Positions 1 through 10,471 are shown, counted from the stretch's first letter. The stretch: DNA of 64,000 bases from an uncultured archaeon (GCA_964558645.1 CAZLEV010000001.1:125568-189567); one strand, 5' to 3'. The notes: generated by a model from the letters alone, not told the origin. Numbers and translations: made by a program.

Positions 1-436
1 GTCTGAGCGCATGGAAGTCAAGATACCTGTCCCACCCGGCGTCGAAGATGGGATGTCCCAGCGCATCAGAGGGGGCGGAAATGCAGGCCCACGAGGTGGC
101 CCCCACGGTGATTTAATAATCGTCTTCACAGTGGAACCCCATGAACGTTTTGTCCGGAGGGGTCTCCATGTATACCTTGAAGAGGAGATCCCCTTTGATG
201 TTGCAGCACTAGGGGGAGAGCAAGAAGTTCCTACTATGTGGGGCACAAGCAAGATCAAAGTGGAACCCGGGACTGAAGGCGGAACCCTATTCCGGATGAG
301 GGGAAAAGGGGTACACGCTGATGATGGGCGGACCGGAGATCAGCTCGTTCGTGTGAAGATAGGAATACCGAAGAAACTCTCCAAGTCCCAGAAGCAGTAT
401 CTTCGGGAGTTCAGAGAGCACTTCAGAGAGGACTAG
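1..436 (+). CDS. dnaJ: DnaJ chaperone, C-terminal part (5' truncated by window)
   Basis: VKIPVPPGVEDG..RIRGGGNAGPRGGPHGDL..HERFVRRG and ALGGEQEVPT match the DnaJ C-terminal domain; frame is open to the window edge. Confidence 0.9.
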   Translation, partial: SERMEVKIPVPPGVEDGMSQRIRGGGNAGPRGGPHGDLIIVFTVEPHERFVRRGLHVYLEEEIPFDVAALGGEQEVPTMWGTSKIKVEPGTEGGTLFRMRGKGVHADDGRTGDQLVRVKIGIPKKLSKSQKQYLREFREHFRED

Positions 437-1002
437 AACTCGAATGGCTTACAAATGCAAGCTTTCATCCTCAGTTCAGGGAAACTGCTGGTATACGCTG
501 GCCTTACAATCCACGCCGTGTCTGCTCCCCGTCCTGTCCCGGCTATACACACAACATCCTTGTCAACTCTGACCAGCCCTGCATCTGCTGCCATCATGGC
601 AATTTCTGCGCAGACTTTCGTTCCCTGAGAGAACGTGCGGAATGCAACGGCCATTAGTTCAGCTGGTGTCCACGTTCCTAGTTTCTTCCTGATACCTCGA
701 GCTAATCCTGCCATGGCATGTGTGGCTGTGAGAACCTTTGCTCCATTTCTCTCTATCTCCTCTCTCTTATCATCATCAAGCTCGTTCTCATTGGCTTCGG
801 CGAAGCCTTCCTGATGGGATACTACAATCAGGTTCCTGTCAGTGAAGACCTTGGAGGCCGCCAATCCGGTGTTACCTCGTGTGGTTGCCACAATCACATC
901 TCGTACGTCAGGGTTGCTGTTGAGATACTCTCTCACAATCTCAAGAGTCTGATCGGTTAGTTCCCATGAGGCTTCATCGAAATAGTGCGTTTTGATATCC
1001 AT
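433..1002 (-). CDS. Pyruvate-kinase C-terminal-like (MTH1675-type) protein
   Basis: IVATTRGNTG, VVSHQEGF, FSQGTKVCAEIAMMAADAG, IAGTGRGADTA motifs; likely start MDIKT at 1002. Confidence 0.75.
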   Translation of the reverse strand: MDIKTHYFDEASWELTDQTLEIVREYLNSNPDVRDVIVATTRGNTGLAASKVFTDRNLIVVSHQEGFAEANENELDDDKREEIERNGAKVLTATHAMAGLARGIRKKLGTWTPAELMAVAFRTFSQGTKVCAEIAMMAADAGLVRVDKDVVCIAGTGRGADTAWIVRPAYTSSFPELRMKACICKPFEF

Positions 1003-1061
1003 CTTCTTCTCTTCTCCTTTCACATTGATTGAAGTATGAATTGTCCAAGTCATAAAGCATA

Positions 1062-1508
1062 CTAATTTCCTCTCTGGACTTGCCAGCCTCTTATGACCCA
1101 TTCAAGAACCACAAAGACTAACAAGACCCCAACGGCCAGAAGAAAGTCAACTGCACCACCGGTAATCTGGTTGACAACCCATGCAGCAATCACCACAACA
1201 ACTATCTTGACGAGAATCTCTGCCAACGCCTTCCAATCCCGATGCTCGTCTTCTGTTTGGCCTTCACCTATCCTCTGCTGTCCGAAGGCTTCAGCTATGT
1301 CTTCGGGTTCCCCAATCTCATGGAAGACTTCGTCGAGTAGTATGTCAGTATCTGCTTCTGGTCTCTCTTCCATCTTATGTTGAAGTGACTCGTAGATATG
1401 AGCACTAACATCCTCCAGAAGGTCCTCTGTTTCAAAGGTATCCGGGAGAACGGTTCTAGCTCTCCGAATATAATCATTAACACGTTTTCCTATCTTCTCA
1501 TTCTCCAT
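1062..1508 (-). CDS. HAAS-domain membrane protein (PadR-associated)
   Basis: DLLEDVSAHIYE...IGEPEDIAEAF followed by two TM helices; coupled to padR. Confidence 0.7.
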   Translation of the reverse strand: MENEKIGKRVNDYIRRARTVLPDTFETEDLLEDVSAHIYESLQHKMEERPEADTDILLDEVFHEIGEPEDIAEAFGQQRIGEGQTEDEHRDWKALAEILVKIVVVVIAAWVVNQITGGAVDFLLAVGVLLVFVVLEWVIRGWQVQRGN

Positions 1509-1858
1509 CAGCTCAATGCCTCCAGTTTCTCAAATACGTCTGTCAGGGTTCGCGAAAGCTCTCTATAGACTCTGTCTCCCTCGCCTGTCAAGACATACAT
1601 CTTCCGTCGAGGCCCCACATCTGACTCCTCAGTGTAAGAGTTCAAGAGCCTGTCCTTTCGCAACCGGTGTAGAATCGGATACAGAGTGCCCTCTTTCACT
1701 TCGAGAAGTCCATCAGTCCGCTCATCGAGTTCGCGGGCAATTCCATAGCCATGAATGCCTTCCTCATGCAGTCTTACTATTGCTAGGACTGCATACTGTA
1801 AAAGTCCTCTGCGAAGCTCTACCTTCCAGCTCTGTTCGAAACTAGGGCCTTTCTTCAA
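1508..1858 (-). CDS. PadR-family transcriptional regulator
   Basis: ELRRGLL..HGYGI..EGTLYPILHRL..GPRRKMYVLTGEG; TTG start at 1858 after GAGGA. Confidence 0.9.
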   Translation of the reverse strand: MKKGPSFEQSWKVELRRGLLQYAVLAIVRLHEEGIHGYGIARELDERTDGLLEVKEGTLYPILHRLRKDRLLNSYTEESDVGPRRKMYVLTGEGDRVYRELSRTLTDVFEKLEALS

Positions 1859-1919
1859 TGTACAGTCCTCGCGAGGAACGCATGTACAAGTCGTTGTTGA
1901 ATTCTTAAGTATCTCTCTC

Positions 1920-3260
1920 TTAAGGGCCTCTGTCGGCATGGCGCCCTGGAAAGAAACCTCTGATCTCGGTCCAGAAGTCTGAGGAGTACTCACGGGGTTC
2001 ATCTAGGAGAAGGTACAAGAAGGAGCTGATGAATCGGAGTCCACCACTCAGCAACAGCATGGCAAACACCGCCAGATAGCTTCCGAGACCTACGGCCACG
2101 AAGTCTCCGAGGATTCCTGCGAGCAGCGAGCCCACCAGCATGACAATGCCCGTAAACGTGTTGTACACGGAGAGATGAGACCCTCGCTCTTCAGATGGTG
2201 CAATATCATAGATGTAAGCAGTGTTGGCGTTCGTTGAAGCTGCAACACAGAAACCTGCAATTGCATTAGCAAGATAGATGATAACAGTCGTTGAAGCAAA
2301 TGCATACATGATCGGTACTATGAAGAGGGTTATGCGCCCCAAGAAAATCAGGGGCTTCCGTCCAACTCGGTCGCTGAGCCGCCCGAAGGGCATTGTGAAG
2401 ATCACGGTAGTCAACGTCATGATAGCCGACGCAATCGCTATCTCCAACAGTGTGTTGTTCAACCATTGGCGCTGCACAATTATCCAAAATGGCCAGGCCA
2501 TGGACATTGAGAATGAGAAGAAGACGCTGACAAGACAGAACCTTCTGAAATCGCCCGGTCTTGACAGAAGGCGAAGGATTGGTGGAAACTCTCTAGGGCC
2601 TGTGGAAGAGTCGTTTCTGGTCTGAATTCTGATAGATATGATAGATGCCACGATTCCAGTGATTGCAGCCAAGTAGAAGGGCATGTAGTATACCTGCTTC
2701 CACGTCTCCACAGACGGGAAGATAATGGGTCCCAGCCCACCGAATTGTGACCTCAGATACGGGCCGAAACCTGGAAAACCTGCTACAAAGCCTGCAAGGA
2801 GTGTCGCCAGCAGGGACATGATGTTAGTGGCCACACCGAGTCTACCCAGTTCGTGGCCTCTGTTATCTTCGTCGATGAGGCTACCCACGAGTGAGAGCCA
2901 GGTTGGTATCTGGATGCTGAGCAGAATAGACTGGATTCCATAGAGAATGATCATGTCAAGCGGTGATGCCGCAAAGAGGAAGAGAAAGACGGTGAATAGT
3001 CCTGACGCCGTTCCAAAGGCGACGAAGGCCTTGGTATGCCCTGTTTTATCCGACACCGATCCCCAAACAGGCTGCATGATTGTCGGCGCTAGGTTGCCAA
3101 CGCTTCTGAAAGCGCCTATCTCAGAGAGCGTAGCTCCTATATCGACCATGTAGCTGTTCAGAAAGGGGGCGTACAGTCCTTGAGCAAACATCACGAGTGA
3201 TCCCGCCGCATATGCCTTGGCAGGAAGCTTTCTCGATTCAGTGGTCTCTTGCTCAATCAT
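1920..3260 (-). CDS. MFS transporter
   Basis: About 12 TM segments; WGSVSDKTG and GRLSDRVGRK motif A copies. Confidence 0.9.
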   Translation of the reverse strand: MIEQETTESRKLPAKAYAAGSLVMFAQGLYAPFLNSYMVDIGATLSEIGAFRSVGNLAPTIMQPVWGSVSDKTGHTKAFVAFGTASGLFTVFLFLFAASPLDMIILYGIQSILLSIQIPTWLSLVGSLIDEDNRGHELGRLGVATNIMSLLATLLAGFVAGFPGFGPYLRSQFGGLGPIIFPSVETWKQVYYMPFYLAAITGIVASIISIRIQTRNDSSTGPREFPPILRLLSRPGDFRRFCLVSVFFSFSMSMAWPFWIIVQRQWLNNTLLEIAIASAIMTLTTVIFTMPFGRLSDRVGRKPLIFLGRITLFIVPIMYAFASTTVIIYLANAIAGFCVAASTNANTAYIYDIAPSEERGSHLSVYNTFTGIVMLVGSLLAGILGDFVAVGLGSYLAVFAMLLLSGGLRFISSFLYLLLDEPREYSSDFWTEIRGFFPGRHADRGP

Positions 3261-3384
3261 CTGTCTGTGGCCGTCCCGTTGAAGTGCTGTAGTATTCCTC
3301 CATGTTTTAACTCTAGTTCTCGCATCACCGAATGAGTTATCTAGAACACAGAAAAGGGATGAAACATTCAGAGGGAAACTCGCC

Positions 3385-4491
3385 ATGCTCTCAGACAGTG
3401 TGTACCAGGAGCGCCTCGAGAGAGTCCGTGACTATCTATTGGAAATCGATGCCGACCATGCCTTTCTCACTCCTTCTGCCAACTTTGAGTACTTGGCAGG
3501 TTTCTCGTATGACATGCGGGAGCGATTAGTCGGTCTGGTGGTTCGTAAGGATGAGGAGCCGTTCATCATCGCCCCCTCTTTTGATGTGTCCAACATTGAA
3601 GGCCAGACCTGGATCAAGAACATGCTTCCATGGGCCGAAGACGAAGACCCGTACGGCCTACTCCGCCGCGAAATCGGGCAAGCGAATAATACCTTCGCGC
3701 TCTTTGACATGTCCACTCCCCTAGGAGTCTTCTGGCTTTTCAGAGAGAAGGTTCAGGACCCAGAACGTACTGACTTGGTCTCCCCTTTCATCGAAGAGAT
3801 GCGTTTGGTGAAGGATGCTGAGGAGATTGGTCTCATGAAGAAGGCCGGAGGGGTGATTGACTCCGCCATCATGCATGCCTTCGAAAGGGCTGATATCGGC
3901 ATGACTGAGATCGAAATGCAACAGCTCATCCACAATGAGATAGTCCGGAAGGGTGCAAGACCCACCTTTGCAGCAGTGCAGTTTGGTGAGAACAGCGCAA
4001 AACCGCACGCGGAGGCGGGAACCCGAGAGTTGCGAGTAGGGGATATAGTCCTGCTCGACTGTGGGTGTTCCATTTCTGGATATAACACGGACATGACACG
4101 CGTGGCTGTGGTTGGTCCTCCCTCATCTCAGCAAGAGAAGGTATACTCTGTTGTGCTTGAAGCACAGAAGACGGCTTTAGATTCTATCCGCGCAGGAATG
4201 ACATGTAGTGCTGCTGACGGTGTTGCCAGGAGAGTCATAGATGAAGGGGGCTATGGTGAATTCTTCACGCATCGCCTCGGGCATGGCATCGGTCTTCAAG
4301 TTCACGAGCCACCATATCTAGTGAATGGCAACTCCAGTGTCCTGCAGCCCGGTATGTGTCATAGTATCGAGCCCGGCATCTACCTGCAGGACAAGTTCGG
4401 CATTCGCATCGAGGATTTGGTTGCTGTCACCGAGGATGGAGCAGAGCTACTCACTTACTCGCCAAAGGATCTATTTGAGATTGAGGCCTAG
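3385..4491 (+). CDS. Xaa-Pro aminopeptidase/prolidase (M24B)
   Basis: DCG..GYNTDMTR, HRLGHGIGLQVHEPP, EPGIY..GIRIED. Confidence 0.92.
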   Translation: MLSDSVYQERLERVRDYLLEIDADHAFLTPSANFEYLAGFSYDMRERLVGLVVRKDEEPFIIAPSFDVSNIEGQTWIKNMLPWAEDEDPYGLLRREIGQANNTFALFDMSTPLGVFWLFREKVQDPERTDLVSPFIEEMRLVKDAEEIGLMKKAGGVIDSAIMHAFERADIGMTEIEMQQLIHNEIVRKGARPTFAAVQFGENSAKPHAEAGTRELRVGDIVLLDCGCSISGYNTDMTRVAVVGPPSSQQEKVYSVVLEAQKTALDSIRAGMTCSAADGVARRVIDEGGYGEFFTHRLGHGIGLQVHEPPYLVNGNSSVLQPGMCHSIEPGIYLQDKFGIRIEDLVAVTEDGAELLTYSPKDLFEIEA

Positions 4492-5102
4492 TCGGAATTC
4501 TCGCTGTCCGTGGGCTCGTTCTCTTGCTCTCTGCGCTTAGACATGATCTCATCAAGTTTCTTACGATCATCTTCACTCAGGTCTTTCATGGCCTCTGCAG
4601 ATTGTCTGAGCATCTGACCCATGATTACAGAATAGACTGCCGGAAGCGCGGTAGCCGTTCTGACACGTTCCTCGCATTCTTTCTCTGCCAGTTCCTTCGC
4701 CTCTTTCAGGGCCTCTTTTGTTACTTCACCCTTTCCTATGCCGGAGCAATCCTTGTTCGTCACATAGAATTTCTCTCCGTCATGCTCCAAGGGAAATGTG
4801 CGGCATGATATGGGTCTTGAGAATCGTATACGGCAGGCATTTGCCTCATCATCGTAGAAGATGCATGCTGTCTGTTCCGAGTTCTCCGAGAGTGGCTTTC
4901 GCAGAGTGCCCAAGGTGATGCCCTTTTCCTCGGCTGCTTCAACATTCATGGTTATTCCATGCAGGATATGGTTCAAGTAATTCTGTGTTGTCCATCGGGA
5001 TAGGTCGTCGAAAGTCACATTCACATGAGGTCGAGTGCAACAGACTCGCTGAGGGCAGTTCTGCTCAAGGCACTTGAAGCTGTATTTCTTCTTGTCTGTC
5101 AT
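4488..5102 (-). CDS. YkgJ/CxxCxxCC-family Cys-cluster protein
   Basis: FKC..C....CC, CIFY...CRI..RPISCRTFP. Confidence 0.75.
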   Translation of the reverse strand: MTDKKKYSFKCLEQNCPQRVCCTRPHVNVTFDDLSRWTTQNYLNHILHGITMNVEAAEEKGITLGTLRKPLSENSEQTACIFYDDEANACRIRFSRPISCRTFPLEHDGEKFYVTNKDCSGIGKGEVTKEALKEAKELAEKECEERVRTATALPAVYSVIMGQMLRQSAEAMKDLSEDDRKKLDEIMSKRREQENEPTDSENSD

Positions 5103-5269
5103 CTCATGTCACCTGAACGACTGTGTGGACTCCGTTCAATTGAGATTTCTCTTAATCCTTTCGAACTTGTCAATTCCTGCTCGTCTTTCCGACAGGTTTA
5201 TTTTCGGTGCTTTATCGCGCTCAGTATAATCCTCTCCCAAAGCAGGTTCGAAGAAACGGAGAACTCGCA

Positions 5270-8068
5270 ATGACTACACAAGAATGGTACCGCAATGACG
5301 TTGACTTTGTCCTTGACGAACTTGAAACCTCTCCTAAAGGGCTGACAACAACAGAGGCCGACAAGAGGCTCGAGAAGTATGGCTACAATGAGCTCACAGA
5401 AGTTGGGAAGATATCTCCTCTTCGGATGTTCTTGGAGCAATTCACTGACCCAATGGTCATCATCCTTCTCATAGCAATTGCCATTTCTCTCGTGGTTGCC
5501 TTTGCAGGTGATCATGGAGAGGGCGGAATCATTGATGCGATCATGATTTCAGTGATTGTCGTCTTCAATGCAGTCTTCGGTTTTGCTCAGGAGTACCGGT
5601 CCGAAAAGGCCCTCGAAGCTCTCAAGAAGCTGGCGGCACCAAAGGCAAGAGTTCTTCGTAATGACTTGTGGGTGGAAATAGACTCCCGGTACGTGGTTCC
5701 AGGAGATATAATCGGCCTGGATCCGGGTGATATTGTTCCAGCCGATGGGCGCATCAATCAGGCTGTTGGCCTATCGGTTGACGAATCCATTCTTACCGGT
5801 GAGTCGGTAGCAGTCCGGAAGATATGTGAACCGCTAGATTTGGAGAATCCCACTGTGGGAGATATGAGAAATACGGTCTTTCAAGGTACTACTATCGCTG
5901 CAGGCAAAGGTACCGCTGTCGTGACTGAAACCGGAATGAACACACAATTCGGAGAGATAGCTGGGCTCGTTCAAGAGAGTCAGAAGGAAATGACTCCCCT
6001 TCAACACGATTTGGCCGACCTTGGTAAGAAACTTGGCCTGCTCATCACTTTCCTCTGTGTCATAATCTTTGCGGCAGAGGTCTACCAGGATATCACTGAG
6101 AGTATCATAGAGGCACTCTTTGCAGCCATCGCTTTGGCTGTATCAGCTGTACCAGAAGGACTTCCCGCAGTTGTCACCATCACCCTCGCAATTGGTGTTC
6201 AGCGAATGGTTGAGAAGAATGCCATCGTCCGTAGACTCCCTTCAGTTGAAACCCTGGGGTCAACCACAGTGATATGCTCAGACAAGACGGGTACCATTAC
6301 TCGGAACGAGATGACGGTGCAGGAGTTGTACGTAGACGGTTCCAGGATAAGAGTGACTGGCTCAGGTTATGATGATGAGGGTAGTTTCTTCCGCGACGGC
6401 CAAGAGATCGACCCAACCACCGATTCTCATCTTGAGAAGCTGTTGGTTATAGGCCAGTTATGCTCGAATTCTCTTCTCCAGGATGATCCTTCTGGTGCTG
6501 CCAAGTGGACTATTGTTGGAGATCCAACTGAGGGCGCACTTCTGGTTGCAGCTGAGAAGGGAGGTTTCAGGTATGAAGAAACCTGGGAGAAATATGAGGA
6601 GATAACTGAGATCTCTTTCGATTCTGCTCGAAAGCGTATGACCTCCATATGCAAAGACCAGAATGGCGATCTCGCTGCCTACACGAAAGGGGCACCAGAG
6701 ATTGTCCTGGCCCTCTGTACCCACCTGCTGGATGATGGTGAAGTACGACCCCTGACGGACTCAAAGCGTGACGAGATTCTCAATGTGAATGCAGAGCTCG
6801 CTAGTAACGCTCTTCGCGTTCTGGCTATGGCCTATCGTCCACTGGAATCTGCTCTTCCAGATTGGGATCCAGAGATGGTGGAACAGAACCTCATATTCGT
6901 TGGACTGTCAGCAATGATTGATCCTCCTCGCGATGAAGTGTCTGAGGCCATCAAGATATGCGTCAATGCTGGCATTCGTCCCATCATGATAACCGGGGAC
7001 CATAGGTTGACCGCCCGTGCAATCGCTATCGAGGTCGGCTTGATATCAGGTGAGGGCACTGTCATTACTGGTGCCCAGATTGACGAGATGACAGATGATG
7101 AGTTCTTTGATGCAGTCCATGATGTGGATGTTTTCGCCAGAGTCGCTCCAGGGCATAAGCTTCGAATCGTTAATGCACTGAAGGAGCAGAATCAGGTTGT
7201 GGCCATGACCGGTGATGGGGTCAATGATGCTCCAGCTGTCAAGAATGCCAACGTGGGAGTATCTATGGGCATCCGAGGGTCCGACGTAACTCGAGAATCC
7301 TCCGACATAATACTCACCGATGACAATTTTGCGACAATAGTCACCGCAGTTGAGAAAGGTCGCGAGATCTACGAAAACATCCGGAAGTTCGTGAGATTCT
7401 TGTTGGCTGCCAACTTCAGTGAGATCTATCTAATCTTCACCATGATTATGATAGGGCTTCCTCTTCCCATAACGGCAATTCAGATTCTATGGATCAACCT
7501 TGCCACTGATGGCTTTCCTGCTCTTGCACTAGGAGTCGATCCCCCGGAGCCAGGCCTGATGGAGCGAGGTCCACGAAAACCCGGTTCAAGGATGATGAAC
7601 AAGGGACTTGCAGCTTTCATATTGATTGGAGGCTTTGTGCAGTTCATAGCTGGATCTCTCCTATTCCTTGGCTCATTGCTTGAATACGGAGGCTGGATTC
7701 CGGGTATCACCGGCCCGATGGTCGATTGGAGTGCCGCTCCTTGGGACTTTGCTCTCACGCACGCTCGGACAGTAGTTTTCGTATCCATCGTCGTATACGA
7801 GCTGCTGTTTGTCTGGAACTGCAGAACTGAATACGCCCCAGTGTGGAAAACCAACGTCACTAACTCAAAGGCACTTGCAGGCACTGTATTGCTCTCAGTT
7901 GTCTTGACCCTGATAGTACTCTATGTGCCATTCATCGCACCACTCTTCGGTGCGGTGCCGCTTAGTGCGCTGGATTGGCTCATCATCTTTGTGAGCTGTC
8001 TGCCAGCATTGTTGATTCCTCCCCACAAGATATTCGGCTACTTCAGGGAACGCGAAGAGAAAGACTAG
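5270..8068 (+). CDS. P-type IIA cation-transporting ATPase (Ca2+-like)
   Basis: TGES, PEGL, CSDKTGT, KGAPE, TGDGVNDAPA motifs. Confidence 0.95.
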   Translation: MTTQEWYRNDVDFVLDELETSPKGLTTTEADKRLEKYGYNELTEVGKISPLRMFLEQFTDPMVIILLIAIAISLVVAFAGDHGEGGIIDAIMISVIVVFNAVFGFAQEYRSEKALEALKKLAAPKARVLRNDLWVEIDSRYVVPGDIIGLDPGDIVPADGRINQAVGLSVDESILTGESVAVRKICEPLDLENPTVGDMRNTVFQGTTIAAGKGTAVVTETGMNTQFGEIAGLVQESQKEMTPLQHDLADLGKKLGLLITFLCVIIFAAEVYQDITESIIEALFAAIALAVSAVPEGLPAVVTITLAIGVQRMVEKNAIVRRLPSVETLGSTTVICSDKTGTITRNEMTVQELYVDGSRIRVTGSGYDDEGSFFRDGQEIDPTTDSHLEKLLVIGQLCSNSLLQDDPSGAAKWTIVGDPTEGALLVAAEKGGFRYEETWEKYEEITEISFDSARKRMTSICKDQNGDLAAYTKGAPEIVLALCTHLLDDGEVRPLTDSKRDEILNVNAELASNALRVLAMAYRPLESALPDWDPEMVEQNLIFVGLSAMIDPPRDEVSEAIKICVNAGIRPIMITGDHRLTARAIAIEVGLISGEGTVITGAQIDEMTDDEFFDAVHDVDVFARVAPGHKLRIVNALKEQNQVVAMTGDGVNDAPAVKNANVGVSMGIRGSDVTRESSDIILTDDNFATIVTAVEKGREIYENIRKFVRFLLAANFSEIYLIFTMIMIGLPLPITAIQILWINLATDGFPALALGVDPPEPGLMERGPRKPGSRMMNKGLAAFILIGGFVQFIAGSLLFLGSLLEYGGWIPGITGPMVDWSAAPWDFALTHARTVVFVSIVVYELLFVWNCRTEYAPVWKTNVTNSKALAGTVLLSVVLTLIVLYVPFIAPLFGAVPLSALDWLIIFVSCLPALLIPPHKIFGYFREREEKD

Positions 8069-8907
8069 GTTGGGAGTCTGCCTTCCAACCAAGTCTCCAT
8101 ATCTCCCAGGACTAGTGCCTTCTGAGGTTCACTATGTAGCTCGTGATAGAGTCCCTCATAGAAGAGCCAAGTCTTATCCTCAGAGGCCAAGCTCTCGAAG
8201 AACTCCCGAGTCTTGTCAGGGTCGACGAGTCTGTCGTCACCAGCCTGTTGGACGAGGACTGGTAATCGGATAAATGGTGCCAACTGATATGCTTCCTTTG
8301 CGGCCTTTAGACCCTCTATTCCGAATCTGGGGGTGACCTTGTCGAATCGCAGAGGATCGTTCTCATGTTCGGCAATGACTTTCGGGTCGTGACATGCCAC
8401 CTCGAAATCGATTTCGTTCTCGAAGTATCGCTTTATGTTCAGGACAGAGAGTATTGACCCTGCGATTCTCTTACCGGTGCCGATGTCCAGGGTTTCTGAT
8501 ACGGCCGGGCACGACAGCATGATGCCGTCAGTTTCGAGCGGATATTCTGCCACATACCTGATAACATGCTGCCCTCCCAGCGAGTGGCCAAAGAGGAAGG
8601 TGAGTTTGTTGATGAATCGATCTTTCACTTGCATTACGATGTTGTGCATGTCTTCGACATATTCATCGAAGTCCATCACGTGTCCCTTGAGGCCGGAGAA
8701 GTGTCCAAAGCCTCTCATGTCTGGTGCGAAGACTCCCAGTCCCCTCTCTGCGAAGTACTCGCCAATGTTCTTCAGGGTCGATCCATGACTTCCAAGTCCA
8801 TGAATGGCAATGAGTAGTGCTCTGACGCGCTCATCATCCGGTAGCCACGTTGCCATGAACATCTTTGTTCCGTCATAGCCGATATACTCGCTTTCGTTAA
8901 ACTTCAT
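8065..8907 (-). CDS. Alpha/beta hydrolase (lysophospholipase/monoglyceride lipase-like)
   Basis: HGLGSH, DMRGFG, GHSLGG, YHELH. Confidence 0.9.
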   Translation of the reverse strand: MKFNESEYIGYDGTKMFMATWLPDDERVRALLIAIHGLGSHGSTLKNIGEYFAERGLGVFAPDMRGFGHFSGLKGHVMDFDEYVEDMHNIVMQVKDRFINKLTFLFGHSLGGQHVIRYVAEYPLETDGIMLSCPAVSETLDIGTGKRIAGSILSVLNIKRYFENEIDFEVACHDPKVIAEHENDPLRFDKVTPRFGIEGLKAAKEAYQLAPFIRLPVLVQQAGDDRLVDPDKTREFFESLASEDKTWLFYEGLYHELHSEPQKALVLGDMETWLEGRLPT

Positions 8908-8989
8908 ACTACCATCAGGATACCTTACACAAAACGGATATTAATCTCTTCCAGAGAATCACGGCCTCTGGTTTGATCTCAAATAGTGA

Positions 8990-9030
8990 CAAAGAATAGA
9001 AGAGAAGGACCACGTCAGTCATGGTCCTCC
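8990..9030 (-). terminator. Putative terminator of the 3-hydroxyacyl-CoA dehydrogenase gene
   Basis: GGACCA/TGGTCC hairpin followed on the minus strand by a T-rich run. Confidence 0.45.
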
Positions 9031-9037
9031 GATTTAT

Positions 9038-9919
9038 CTAGAACCTCATGGGCTCAGGCTTGTTGCCTGTGTAGTCATAGAAGCCCTTGCCGGCCTTTCT
9101 ACCAACCCACCCGGCCCTGACCATTTTTCTGAGCAGTGCGGGTGCGCGGTACTTCCCGTCCTTGAACTCCTCGACGAAATAGTCTGAGATATAGAGGAGG
9201 GTATCGAGACCAACAAAGTCTGCCAGCGTGAGCGGCCCCATGGGCCAGTTAAGACCTAGTTTGATAGCTAGGTCCATGTCTTCAACAGTAGCTACTCCTT
9301 CTTGGATGGCAAATATTGCCTCATTGATTGCGGGAACAAGAAGTCGGTTTACGGCAAACCCGGGTGCCTCGTTAACAAGTACAGTTTCTTTACCGATCTT
9401 CTTAGAGATCTCCTCAATCACCTTGACTGTTTCGTTGTCGGTTGCGGCGCCCTTGATAATCTCTACGAGCCCCATGACGGGTACTGGATTGAAGAAGTGC
9501 ATACCGATGAACTTCTCAGGTCTCTGTGTGACCGCTGCCATTTGTGTGATGCTGATGCTTGACGTGTTCGATGCGAAGATCGCATCCTTCGGAGCTAGTT
9601 CCTCCACCTCTCTCCATGTATCGAGTTTGAGCTTCACTATTTCGGGAATGGCCTCAATAACGAGGTCTGCATCTTTGACTGCTTTCTCAAGGTCGAGCAC
9701 ACCCTCAATTCTTCCCAGAGTAGCATCAACCTCCTCCTGAGTTATCCTGTCCTTCTTCAGACCTCTCTCCAAGTTCTTCTTGATGGTTTCGAGGCCTTTA
9801 TCGATGAATCTCTGCTCAATATCTCTCATCTTAACTTGATAGCCTGCTTGAGCACAGACATGGGCGATTCCATTGCCCATCTGTCCTGCTCCCAGCACTG
9901 CGATTCTCTTTACATCCAT
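9038..9919 (-). CDS. hbd: 3-hydroxybutyryl-CoA dehydrogenase
   Basis: GAGQMGNGIA, ASNTSS, GMHFFNP, PMGPLTLADFVGLD. Confidence 0.92.
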   Translation of the reverse strand: MDVKRIAVLGAGQMGNGIAHVCAQAGYQVKMRDIEQRFIDKGLETIKKNLERGLKKDRITQEEVDATLGRIEGVLDLEKAVKDADLVIEAIPEIVKLKLDTWREVEELAPKDAIFASNTSSISITQMAAVTQRPEKFIGMHFFNPVPVMGLVEIIKGAATDNETVKVIEEISKKIGKETVLVNEAPGFAVNRLLVPAINEAIFAIQEGVATVEDMDLAIKLGLNWPMGPLTLADFVGLDTLLYISDYFVEEFKDGKYRAPALLRKMVRAGWVGRKAGKGFYDYTGNKPEPMRF

Positions 9920-10094
9920 TGTGTGTTCCTCCAACTCATTGGTTGACTACATGTTGTCCGTTACGAGGGCCATAATATTTCTGTCTGTAGTCATGTTTTC
10001 TTTGAAATGGTATACATTTCAGTTTATGCAAGAAAACTTACGCCTACAAACATTTTGTTAAAAGCACTTAAATTAAAAGAACGGTTGGCATGGC

Positions 10095-10107
10095 AAACCT
10101 TTATATG
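10095..10107 (+). promoter_or_regulatory. BRE/TATA-like promoter
   Basis: AAACCTTTATATG about 30 nt upstream of the structured element. Confidence 0.55.
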
Positions 10108-10136
10108 ATTTCATTCTGTGGTGTGGGTGGCGCTCA

Positions 10137-10458
10137 ATAGGTCAGGTCAATAGGCTGCGGTCGCAAGACCGTTCCTTCTGGCCGAAAACATAGATCTCTC
10201 ATCTCCTATAGTGCCAACGGGACCTCGCGTGCCGCTGGCACTCACGCAGGAGCAAATGGTCACATAATGTGACCCTATGATGCGACCCTGAAGTGTGGCT
10301 TCGCGTTATATAGTAGAGATGTCACTGAAAAGCCGGAGAAGTTCCAATGAGTCGGCACCAATCCCCGATGCACATAGCGTGTGGTCAGGAAGTGGTCAGG
10401 CAGTGTCCATTGAAGTGGTCACTTTCGCCCACCAATAGCATATGGCCTGACCACCTAT
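10137..10458 (+). ncRNA. Unclassified structured RNA or 5' leader (about 320 nt)
   Basis: Terminal helix 10140-10149/10443-10452; CGGTC-GCAA-GACCG hairpin; GGTCACA-TAA-TGTGACC hairpin; nested long-range helices; no ORF. Confidence 0.6.
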
Positions 10459-10471
10459 ACGTCAAGATGAG

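Noticed and set aside
9960-10110. Replication origin (AT-rich stretch)
   Set aside because: No ORB boxes or cdc6; explained by divergent promoters
10330-10435. RNase P RNA (GGAGAAGTTCC and CGCCCACC resemble pieces of the P4 5' strand)
   Set aside because: The pieces are far apart, lie late in the element, and no matching 3' P4 strand is visible
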